64,000 nt of DNA from Chrysomallon squamiferum. Lineage: Eukaryota > Animalia > Mollusca. Below, piece after piece: positions 27,001-39,700 of this stretch. Location of the stretch: the NCBI GenBank assembly GCA_012295275.1, contig CM022674.1:1488001-1552000 (forward strand), read 5' to 3'. Each line of letters starts with the position of its first letter. Positions within the stretch are counted from its first letter, which is position 1. The notes under the pieces were generated by a model. It was not told where the DNA came from and searched no databases. It saw only the letters and a list, made by a program, of their open reading frames with translations. Both the position numbers and the translations under genes were made by a program.

Positions 27001-28806
27001 ATAAAAATTTATTTAATTTATTTTTATTTATTATTACCAGTAGCTGGATAGTTTTGTAAATATAATATTCTTTGTTATTATTATTTTTTTTTATCCTGTT
27101 TTGACTGTTTATTTTGAATATTCATGAAAATGACAGCAGATTTTTGACAGCAGAAAAAATAAAAACTATATTTAAGAATATAGTATTTTTATATTTTTCA
27201 TTTTTTGATCTTGATTGTTTTTTTGATCTCTATTAACATCATAAATATGCAGTGATGAATAAATTATTATTTTTGCTTTTAATAACCGAAGTAAAGGTTT
27301 ATTTTTATGAAATGTGCAGTAAATTAACCAAAAAAAGGTTTATTTTTAATTCATTAAATTTGAGAAAATATTAAATTAAAAAAGTAATTGATGATGACAG
27401 TATTACTTTTGTTTTATTTGCGTGTGTGTTTAGGTATGTGTAAATCTTTGCGTGTATGTGTTTAGCTATGTATAAATCTTTGTGCATCTGTTACTGTGGG
27501 TCCATTACAGTGTTGTTATACCTTGCAAATTTTAAAATATAATTTACTTTTCCTTCACTATCATTTTTTGTCCTTCACAGATATCAGTAGTTTCAATAAC
27601 AAAATGTTGTTTCATGAATTGCTAAAACAGTCTTGTCGATTCATTAACACTTATTAAAACTGTCTTTATTGCTTGGTGATAATTTATGAAATCTATTTAT
27701 GAAAGTCTCAAGGTTTCATTCTGCGACTTTCTTTTTCATAATCTTTCCTAACGTTGCTTTTCTTGCACATTTTATCCCAACGATCATTGAGTGAAGTTGT
27801 TGCTGTTGTTGTTGTTGTAGAAGTTGAAGATGGCGACCTGCGATCGAACGAGGCAGAGATGGATGAGTACCACCCGAAGGCCACTCGAACTTTGTTTGTG
27901 GGAAATCTTGAGAAGGATACCTCAGTGCAAGACTTACTGGAACGATTCGACCATTTTGGAGAAATCATCGTAAGTGAAAATGGCAGGGGAAAAACTAAAT
28001 ATTTCAAGAAAAATTACTATATTTAAAAAAATAAATAAATAAAAATTACAAACAGCAGTTTTGATATAGAAATATTAATATAACATACATTATTAGCCAT
28101 ACTTGAAATATTCTGGGGGTGTGCATATATATATATATATGTTGTATTTACATGAACCCATAGAGTAAATGAGATTGCTAATAATACACATTCACATTTA
28201 TATATTTAATTATATTTTCAAACAGGTCTGTGTTTTAAAAAACTTGAAACCTCCAATGCATTTCTAACAGTTTGTCACAGGCCGCATGAAATCCGAATGC
28301 TTACGAAATTAGTTTATTTCAGTATAGTTTGATCTGCGAAAAGCAGCGTTACGTTTCTTCATTTCACTTACCTTTTGCTCTGGGTTTATTATTATTATTA
28401 TTATTATTTTTTGGTTCTTGTGCTCGAGACAGAACTAACGCAATGTTTTTGCTTACATCTTCTTTTTTTTTTGCCAATTTTAACAGGATGTTGATGTGAA
28501 GCGTCAAGGTGCGGCTTCTGCTTATGCATTTGTCCAGTACGCTGACATGACAAGTGTCGTGAAAGCCCTTCATGAAATGGAAGGTGAACACATTGGAGCC
28601 AACAAAATTAAGGTTTGGTTTATCTACTTACTTTTTGTCCTGATTAAAGGCAGGGCAGAATTGTCACAGGATATTTATAATCATACAGAAAACAAAAATT
28701 ATTGCTAAGCAGATATTTACTTCCGTCATTTACATTCTTGGATGTTTAAAGATCTCATGGAGTGAATTGAAAGATAAATATAGAAGAAAATTAATAACAG
28801 TTTGTG

Positions 28807-28838
<32 letters not shown>

Positions 28839-30629
28839 AAAGAAAAAAAAGGGGTCAGGGATCTAGTAAAAGTAGAGAAAGCAGGTTTTGTAAAGATCTT
28901 TCGGATTTGTTAAGTTTTTCTTATTCATATGGAGGAGTGTTTTTATCTGACTGATTATAAACATTCTTGTTTTTAATCTTTTTAATCAGGTTACAGTAAA
29001 TATATTTCCAGTGCTGAATTACACTGTAATACTAACCCAGACTGTGTTGTCAATATTATAAAGTGGAATTGATTTATTATTATTTCAATGTAAATAGATT
29101 TATAATTATTATTATTATTAAGTAATACAGATTTATAAGTCAGGTAGATTTATTATTGTCATAGTCATGTAGATTTACTATTATGATAAAGTAACTATTA
29201 TGAATTAAAATAGATTTATTATTATCATAAATCGATAAAGTCATAGATAGATTTATTATTTACCTAAATTAAAATGGAATTATTATCATAAAGTAATAGA
29301 GATTGCTTTTTATTATAAATTAAAATAGATTTATTATTATCATAAGTAATAGAAATTTATTATTACATATTGAAATAGATTTTTTATTATCTTAAATTAA
29401 AATAGATTTATTATTATCATAAGTAATAGAAATTTATTATTACATATTGAAATAGATGTATTATTATCTTAAATTAAAATAGATTTATTATTATCACAAA
29501 GTAACAGAAATTTATTATCATCTTAAAATAATGTAGATTTAAATTTCTAACAGTGGGTATTTTTGTTTTGGTTTCAGCTTGGATTTGGCAAGAGCATGCC
29601 CACAAACTGCGTTTGGCTGTACAACATTGGCGAAAACGTTGGCGAGAAGTTTTTGTGTCGAGTTTTCACTCGTTATGGCGAGGTGAGCCACGGCGTCATC
29701 GACCGAGTCAAATGCAAGGCCCTCGTCTACTTCACCAACCTCGATGACGCGCAGTACGCTGTCAACGAAATGAGAAACAGGAGCATTGGGGGCAAGAAAA
29801 TACAGGTGTGTTAATTAAGGACAACAGATACCATATCCCTACTAACCCTTTCCCTACATAGTTATATATATATATATTTGTATATACTGGACCCAAAATT
29901 ATATAACTGTAAACTGCATAAAGCAGGTTTATCTATATAAAAAATGCATCTCATTATCCTGCTAGAAGAAGTTAGCAAACATTATAGCAGCCCAAAAGAA
30001 GATAATATGAATTCTAATTTTTTTGGTGTGGTGGTGGGGGAACTATTGTCATTATGGGAATGACAGTGGGATTCAATTACACAGTGAAAAGGTTAAAGTG
30101 GTTGTCCCGTACATGGTTTGGTTTAAAATATATCTTTATCAGTTGCCCTGTTTTTCTGCATTATGTAGATTACATAACTCATATATCAGCACCTTTTGTG
30201 CATTTTCCCTTTTTTTCTAGAAAACAGCATATTAAGTATATTCTTGTTGTTAGTATAAATGGAATGTAATAGAGGCTTATTCGTATTGTTTTATTATTTG
30301 AATTTTATTTCTTTTTGAAATTTATAGGATTATTATTTTTTTTTCAAAAACAATTTTTCCCATAACAGGGGAACACATCTTATAGGGAATATCTTTTTTT
30401 ATTATTTTGGTTGTTGTTACAGATCGATTTTGCGAGTCGGGAATGTCAAAACAAATTCTTCGACAAGATGGAAAAAACTGGGCAGCTGCGACCAGGTGAA
30501 TGGCCTGATGAAAGAGGTGGAGCAAGAATCAATCGAAAAGTGTCTGAGCCTTTCACAGATGAAACGATGTACGTGTATTTTTATATGACATTATTTTAAG
30601 TCTTTGTTTTTCAATGACTGCAACTGAAT

Positions 30630-30714
<85 letters not shown>

Positions 30715-33700
30715 ACTCCCATTTTTCTCACTCATTCTTTCTCTGTGCATCTCTATTTCTGTCTGTCATTCCATATCTCAATACCAGTCTCTCACATATT
30801 AAAAGCTTGTTGTTTAAACATGCCACGAGAATCAGAACTGATACTACATTTTCCATTCAGACTTCAGAGCTTGAAATCAAGGGTTTTGCAACCATTACAA
30901 CTTTTTTTTATGAAAAAAAAACAATGTTAATACTGATGTCACATTGCTGGTATTTAAATGTGACAGTAATAATTCTATTGAACCAAATTGTTAACTACTT
31001 AAATCTGTTTGTCATTTTATTTTTTTTTTATTTTTTTTTTTTTATATTCTTCAGATTTTCACCAAAATTTCCTACCACTTTCAAGAAAGGATATTACCGA
31101 TCAGGTCGCAACAGCAGAACAGGAAGTTGGCGAGGCACAGAACCATTTACCGAAGAATTCGCAGGCACAAGGCGACAGAGGTGAATGTTTGAATAATATT
31201 TTGGTTACGTTATTTTGTTGTTATTGTCGTTTAATAAAAGCAACAAAAGAAATAAAATAAAAATCCTATTTAATAGCCCGAGCAGTTATCTCATTTTCAT
31301 CACATTTTTGCATCTAGCAGTTCGTGCCAGTATTGTGATCATACGCACACTTACATGAGAAAAACTTAGAATTTGTTAATTTTTTCTCTTTCAGGTCTAC
31401 TGAAAGTTTTACTGCACCAACCAATGGTGATTATTACAAGAGCACAGACGACTCGTACGAGCAGGAGCTTCGTGAATACGGATTCAGTCAGCGTGAACGG
31501 CGCGAACGAGGTCTGGGGGACGACTGCAGCTTCGACGAACGCTCCAGACTGTCGGTCGACGAATATGACGACAGGAAGATAGACATTTTCAGAAGCGACA
31601 GTCCAGGAAGTGACAGGAATTCGTACGTCTCGGAGAATCGTTACCGAAACCGCTCTGAGGACAAAGGCTACAGAGAACATTACAGCGATCCTGATCGCAT
31701 CCGCGCCAGCCGCGACTTCGACCACCACAGCGACATCAGCCGAAGCCAGTCTCCCGTCTCGTTTCACAGCACAGGTCGGAGTCCGAGCAGGCGAAAAGAC
31801 GATGACATTGCTCTGCGAGGGTCGTACACTCCTCCCACGCCAACAGAGGAGGAGCCCCCTATGTACAGGGGGTCGTACTTCTCTGGCAGTGGCGACGGTG
31901 ATTATTCCAGGAAATCTCGTGATAAAAACGATGTGCTTCATCGGCATCATTCGTCGGACGAGTCGGTTGCGAAGTCGCAGCCATGGAGTGTTGTTACTAT
32001 GACGGCGGGAAGTGGTAAACCTCAGTCTGAAATTGTGAAAGTACCTGAAAAAGTGACAGCAAGAAAACGTTCGTACGAGGATGCGTTATTGACTAAAGAT
32101 AGTGTTAAATTGGATCACAAGGTTTCTAAAAAAGTGGATAGTTCAGTGCTAGTGAAATCCGCAGTCTCTGTGGATAGATCTAAACTCATGTCAAAAGCTC
32201 TGCAACCAGATAAATTCAGGCTGGACAAAAGTGAGAAGGAATTATTTCTTAAGCATTCTCGATACGACAAAATACTGCACAAAGCATTTGGCGAGGGACA
32301 CGTGACCGGAAGTCCTGGTTCTACGAACAGCCACCCAGAGTCGGATAACGGTTCTCTCGGTGAGTCGGATTTACTGGAACTTCACGGACAGAAGCAGCTG
32401 CTGCTGAAAAAGCTGCAGCAGCTGGAAGACGGCGGCACGATGAGTGACAGTGAAAATCAAAAGAACGATGTGCGGATTGTGTCGAAAAAACGCGAAAGCT
32501 TGGACAGCCGCATTTTCAAAAACTTGAAAAGTGGCCGGCTGGAGTCCAAGAAGCACAAACTCGAGGCTGTTATTGATAACGCACAGAGCTACCGGAAGCA
32601 GATGGAGAAAATGAGAATACTTGAGATAAATAAAGTGGGGAAAGATGGCAGCATTGAGAAACGAAGAAAGAAAATTGTTTCCTCTGCCGTTGTCCCCGTG
32701 GTGTTAAAAACAGATGACAGTGAGGGAGAAGAGACTATATCCAATTCTCCTAAGGAAATTTCTGCTGATTTCCGTCAGATAAAAAGAAGGAAGTGCGAAA
32801 ATAAAGAGACTGATAGCCTAAAAGGCCGATCCTATAGGAAAAAAGAAAAAGGATTTAGCAGTGACGATGAAGGTGAAGTCCGGAGTCTCAAGAAAAGAGA
32901 TTCCTATGACTTACTGACCAAAACTATTAAAGTTCATGATGAAAGTTTCCATTCGTCGTTTCATTTTCCATTAACTAAATCACCCAGATATGACAGTCAT
33001 ACTCCATTAGAACCATTAGAACATTTGGAGAAGAAGTCTTTACCTGTTATTATTAAAGATGAATCTGATGAAGTGTTAGAGGATCCTAGAAAAAAGAAGT
33101 ATTCCAATTATAATGAGCATATTTCCTCATCTGGACCGAGTAGAAATGTCACACCAAACATCGTTCCAGCTGACAGTTCCACAACGTCACCTAAAGACGA
33201 AAAATTGACTTTTGTTATACAAAACACACAAGAATGTCCGTCAAGTCCACATGTTGATGAATCTAGTTTACCAGAGCCTAGTGATGATGTTCAGGAAATC
33301 AGTCCAAAGGATGCCAACACTGTGACACAGAAATGGAGCAAGCCTGTTCCGTTTGACATGTCAGAGCCCGACACCAAGCCAGAGGATGAGAAATCTGATA
33401 CTTCTGGAGAGCACATTGAAGGTTTAGTTGATTCTACTTCAGTGTCATCTGCTGTCAAACCACACAGCCCGTCTCCTGTGGCTGCTGTTGATGACGAGTT
33501 CTCAGACAGCTCAGAGGAGGAACCAAAGACTCCTGGTGAGCTCAGTCTCGAGGAGCGAATTCGTAGATTGGATGAGCAGATGAGCATGGCTGCTCTGAAC
33601 AAACCTTCTGAACTGCAGCTCTTGTCCAACACATCAATACCCAGTCCATCCAGCCAGCCTCTGAGCACGTCGAGTCTCTACTCAAAGTTCAAGATCAGGA

Positions 33701-36700
33701 AGAGACAAGATGTGCTCAGTTCTGAAACTTCGACCACTGATGGCTTGGAAGTCTCAGGCTTGATAGAAACAAACAGTGAACCTTCAGACATTGTGAAGCA
33801 ACTGTTGACTCGAAGGAGTCGAAGCATCCTCGACCAAGATTCCAAACGGTTGCAGCAGATTACAGATCACTACGACAATAAAGACGTAACTGTCCCAACA
33901 ATTTCACCTCTGGTCAAAATTGGCACACCCTTTCGAACAAAAGCAGAAGCCAAGGAGATGCCAGTGACGACTCAGATTGGACCTCTTGGAAGTCAGGTGG
34001 TTTCAGGAAGCCTGGAATCAGTTACCTGCCAGTCAGTTGTGTCAACAGCAGGTTTTGCTCATTCGTTGTTGGGAGCCAAAACGACACAACACGAACTGCA
34101 GGATGACAGAGAAAAGGCTAAAGATGTTACTTCATTACCACGAGTAACTGTTCCACCTAAGCCCAAGCTGAATGTGACAGAACACAGCACTGAACTGAAA
34201 CCTCAGACAACACTGGTGTCAGAATCAACTTCTAGTCAGGAACCAAGTAAAACGTCACTGGCAACTGTTTCTGAGATGAACCACAGTCAGACAGCTCAAC
34301 ATCAGGAAGCACTGTTTGCTGGCCTGGGACTTCCTCCAGCAACCAACCTTCCAATACTACATGCCAGATCACCAACAACTACTGCCACTCCAACTGATCT
34401 GTCAAAACCAGCAGATGTTCATGTCCCGAAGCCTGCAGTTCCCGCTAATTCTGTGAAAGAACCAGCAGCTAGTTATCCAGTTACATGTTCAGTGCAGTCA
34501 ATACCTGCAGCAGCAACAACGTCGTTGACAGTATTTGGTCCAGCAAATCAGAAACAGACAATGTCAACGTCTCCTTTGCAACCAAAAGGAAATGTTGTGG
34601 TGACAGCCTGTGAAGAAAGAACTGCCAAAAATTCAGAAGTAAGTGTGTCTTCATTGACCACCACCACCACCACTGTCCAAGAATCTAAACCAGAACTTTC
34701 TGTTATAACAACAACAACAACAGCAGCAGCAGCAGTAGCAACGTCAGTGGCTAGTTCTGAGTTAAAATCACAGACTCAGTTAGTGACTTCACATTCTGAA
34801 AAGGATAATCTAAAGCTGGAGATAGCAGAAAAGACTTCGGATATATCGAAGGCAGAGAAAGTTCCACTGGTCACGCCGAAACTGGCAGACACAGTTGTAG
34901 AGAAAATGAACGTAGATGTGTGTACTCCTCCTCCTACTCCGTCCAGTGCACCTCTCCCCACAAATGTTGTCAAGACAATCCCTGCCTACCACAGGTCCAA
35001 GTCAAACGATGACAAAAGTGCAAAAGCAAAAACGATTAATCAAAACAAATCCTTTGACTTTTTTGAAAAGACCCCAGATCCAATAATTCACGTGGAGAAG
35101 AAGAAAGAAACAAAAGAAACATTCCATAAGAATCACGATTCGCAGCACGGCCATCACAGTTCTGCTCACAAGGAAAAGGTTAAAACTGAGTCAGCGGCAT
35201 CGGTTAAAAAAGACCACGATGCTGCTCACGCCAAACACCACCATTTGAAGTCGACATCTCCTGAAAAGAAACTGACAAAATCTCATAGCACAGAGCATCC
35301 AGAGAAGAAACCAGAACACAGTTCTCACAAGATGGTAGAAAAAGTGAGACATGATTCTGGCAACAAAAGCATCCACACAGAGAAACTGAAGACCAAACAC
35401 AAAGAAGGGGAACAGAAGAAAGAAAAAGATCACAGCTTGACTGGTGACAAAGCGAAGCCAAAAGAAAAACATGACGAAAAGAAGAAAGATAAAAAGTCGG
35501 AAGAAAAGAAATCGACAGACGATAAAAAATCTGAAGACAAGAAGTCTGAAAAGAAACTGGAAGAAAAGAAAGAAGACCACGAGAAAAAGGTTGAGAAAAA
35601 AGCTGATGAGAAGAAAAGTGAAAAGAAAAAAGAATCTTTGTCATCAACATCATCGTCAAAATCAAAAGAAACGAAGACTGAGAAACAAATGAAGTTGTCT
35701 TCGTCAGCAGCAACAGCAGAAGTGAAAACTGAAAAATCTCAGAGTTCAAAGGTTTTGGAAAAATCCAGTAAAGAACACAAGAAGTCTTTGTCATCATCAA
35801 AGGATCTTTCATCGTCTAAGGAAAAAGAGAAGGAGAAAGAAAAAGAGAGAGAAAAGGAAAAGGAAAAAGATAAGGAGAAGGATAAGGAGAAAGAGAAAGA
35901 GAAAGTTCATAAAGACAAGATAAAGGAGAAAGAGAAACTGTCCAAGGAATCTAAAGACATAAAGAAAAAGTCCAAAGAAAGTGAAAAGAAAGATAGTGAT
36001 AAATCTCAGAAAGACAGTGACAGATCTCAAAAAGACAGTGACAAATCTCAGAAAGATGGTGATAAATCTCAGAAAGATTGTGACAAAGCTCAAAAAGACA
36101 GTGATAAAGCTCAGAAGGATAGTGATAAAAGTCAAAAAGATGGTGAGAAAAGTCAGAAGGAGAGTGAGAAAAGTCAAAAAGAAAGCGACAAGTCTCAAAA
36201 GGACAGTGACAAGTCTCAGAAAGAAAGTGACAAAACTCAGAAGCATGGCAAGAACAACTCCAGCAATGGCAAGTCCAAGAACGAAAACACCAAAGGTAAA
36301 GACAAGTCATCGAAATCGAAAGAAAAAGAAAAACCAACTAAAGAGAAGACGACTAAAAAAGAGGAAAAGAAGAAATCGGAAAAGAAGCTGACGGCTTGGG
36401 AGAAAGAAGAGAAGGCTCAGAGGAAGCTCATTGCTGAGTTGGGCATCGACTCACTGCAGTCGTTTTCCTTCACATCCATGTACGACAAAGTGAAACAGCG
36501 CTCGACAGAAAAAGAAAAAGAAAAGGACATAGAAGATGTGAGGAAGTCGTTCAGCAGACTGCACCAGACACGAGCAAAGAAAGGTCGATTCAGCGGTCGC
36601 GAGGATTCGGACACCAGCCTCTTTGATTCTGATGGCTCTGACACAGACAACAGCAGCAGGAAAATACAAGCCGATAAAAACAAAGATAAACTTAAAAAGA

Positions 36701-39700
36701 AAGGCAACATCATTGAAAGCAGTTCTTCCGATGAGCTCGAGGAATACGTAAGAATAAGAAGGAAGAAGAAGCAGAACATGCTGAAAAGAACGAGACAGAT
36801 TTTAGGATCTGTTACTGACTCGCAAGAAGATATGGATGTAGACAATCCATCAGATGAACCATCTTTTCCCAAAAAGGCAAAGAAAACACCAGCTAAGAAG
36901 TTGAAATCAGTGCACGAGTGGACAGACTCTGAACCTGAAGAAAGCATGGAGGAAAGTAAACCTTCAGCCAAGCGTGGGGATCACAAACCATTTAGCCACG
37001 ATGTGAATATGACAGAAACAGACACAATGGATGAAGGAGAGAAGAAACAGTCTGAAAAGAAAGAGAGAAAAAAGAAGCTGAAAGACAAAAACGAAAAGAC
37101 GTCTAAATCTGTTGTTGGAAAGAAGAAGGATGAAGAGAAGAACACTTCTGAGAGTAAGGCCTTGTTAGATGATGTTTCCAACAGTTCTTCCATTGCTGAA
37201 GTTAAGAAAGAGAGTACTGAAAATAAAGATAGTAAGAAACAGAAGACATCTAAGGATAGCAAAGAACAGAAAACATTCCAGAAAACTGAAGAAAAACCTG
37301 AAGCTGAAGAAGTAACTAAAGAAGAGGTCAAGGTAAAAACAAAAAAGGAAAAGGATGAATTGAAATCCAAAAAGTCATCAAAGCCCGAAGAGGGTAAAGT
37401 GAAGTCCAGTAAAACAGAAACTAAAGAGAAGGAAAAACACAATAAATTTAAAGATTCCAAAATAAAAGTTACTAAAACTCACGAAAAATCACTTGAGTCT
37501 AAAGTCAAAGTTGAAAGCATTGATGCTACAGATGCTGATGACTCTGTGGACAACAGCAGTGATGTGAAGATGCAGGAAAAGACACCAGAAGCTCTGCCCA
37601 AACTGGTTAAAAGCGAATCGAAGGAAAAGAAATCTAAAAAGAACAAGGTGAAAAAGAGCTCTAAAGAGACAGAAGAGGCTGGAGAAGAAAGCACTGTTGA
37701 TAAGAACAAGGATACTTCTCTAAACACTCCTCTTGTAATCACCACCACTCCTGTTAAAGAGGAACAGGATACAGCAAATGAAATTTCTCAGTCTTCGCCA
37801 TGTTTAATCAGTCCTGTCAGAGATCATGAAAGGAACATATTTGGTGATTTTGAAGCTTTCAGCAAACTGCATGCTCTGACTATTCAGAAAGGTGAGACAG
37901 ATAAATCATCCACAACAAAGCAGCCTAAGAAGGAAGATGACACTGATACAGAAGATATTGTGACAAAAACAAAAAAGTCAAAGAAAAAGAAGAAAAAGGA
38001 TGGTAAATCAAAGGAGAAAACAAAAGAGGAATCTGGTAAAAGCACACAGCACGAAGGAGGGTCATCAGCTGTAGAAAAAGAAGAGATTACAAAAGTAACT
38101 GAATCATCTGAACTCAGCAGCAAGATGTCTGGCGTAGAACAGAAAGACAAAGACAGCAGCACGATAAAAACTAAACACCCGAAGAGTCATTCAAAGATTA
38201 AAAGTCCTTCACTGGATGTGGATTCAAATTCTGAGAGTAAGAACACCATAGTGAGTCCATCTTGTGAGAAAGCTGAGAGAGGATTGTTTGATAGGCTTAC
38301 AGGTTCCTTCAGTGCTGCAAAAAGCCCCACCAAACCATCCACCGATTTTGCAAACACTGACATACTTAGTTGTTTCAGTGATTCTAATATAAGTTTAGTG
38401 GATAAAAATATGGACACAAAAGACAAAGATGCAGTGTCCAAAGCTATCACAGGTGGAGAAAAGTGCAGACAGCTCAGTGGTCAATCCATGGATGCCAGTG
38501 TCTGCCATATTGGCAGTGAATTGAAGATATGTTCTGGTGAGAGTGAGTTTGTTGTTGAGGACAGTGACTTTGTGACAGGCGATAACAAAATTGAGGTGTG
38601 TGGAGATGAAATACATTTTGATTTTGAGGAGAAAAATCTGCTAATAGACTTCGATGAAAAGGAATCTGAATCCACAAAGGAAATTAATAGTAAAAAAGTA
38701 GAACAGAAGAAAGAGGCTAAACTGAAAACAAAAAACCAGCTGAAAAAAGATGCAAACAAAGTGGCAAAGAATGAAGCAAAAGCTAAGAAAAAGGCTAAGA
38801 AAGATGTGGTTAAAGAGAAAAAAGAAAAGAAAGAAAAGAGCAAAAAACCTAAAAAGAAAATTGCCTCATCACCTGGGAATTCTCAGAAGAGCGACACTGT
38901 GAACAAACTCTTCAGCTCTGAATTGAATAAGCGATCAAATGATTTGTATGAATTCAATGATTCAGAAACAATGACAGAAGCTTACAGCCACACAAGAAGG
39001 CTCCACAAAGACAGTGACTCTGGAAAAGATTCTAAATCTTGTGACTCTGGTCTGAGGCAGGAAAGTGAAGGAAAGAAATACTCGCTGCAGGCACTGGCAA
39101 AAGCAGCGTTTGGACCACAAGAAGTAATAAAATCACCAGAAGAGAAACAACCAAAAGAACAGCCCAAGCTCTTGGACTGGTCACGACTTGTGAAACCACC
39201 TTTCATGGAAACAAAAGACGATTCTCCTAGGTCACTGGAAGACATGGATCCCAGCAATCTGATTGTTCCACTACCAGAGGAAAAAGAAGATGAAGAGAAT
39301 ACTTCAGCTGAAGATTTAACAGGACATCTAGGAGTTCCAAACACAGCAGCACTTCCTCCTGTACCTAGCAGCAGCTCTCCAGAAAGAACTGCACCAGAAA
39401 GAACTGCACCAGAAAAAGCTGCTCCAGAAAGAGCTGCTCCAGATCCTGAGCTAACTGTTGATACTTCAGAGAACATTCCTCCAGCTCAGGCAGTGGCTGA
39501 TACAACAAATGTAGTAACAACAGAAAGTTCACAAGTGGATAATCTTAATTCCATGTCCTGTGACATTGATAATGATGAGCTTGCTGTGCAGGAAGCATCA
39601 GATGAGGCTGCCAGAGCAGTTGAATCTATTCTGTTTGATACATCTGATCCTTACGTTATTTCCATACCAGAGACATCTGAACCAGCTGTGCAGGCTCAGC

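Noticed and set aside
29545-29577. Alternative in-frame acceptor ctaacag at 29553 adding WVFLFWFQ
   Set aside because: TTCTAAC sits at a typical branch-point distance from the 29577 acceptor, and the insert would disrupt the conserved RRM3-RRM4 junction.
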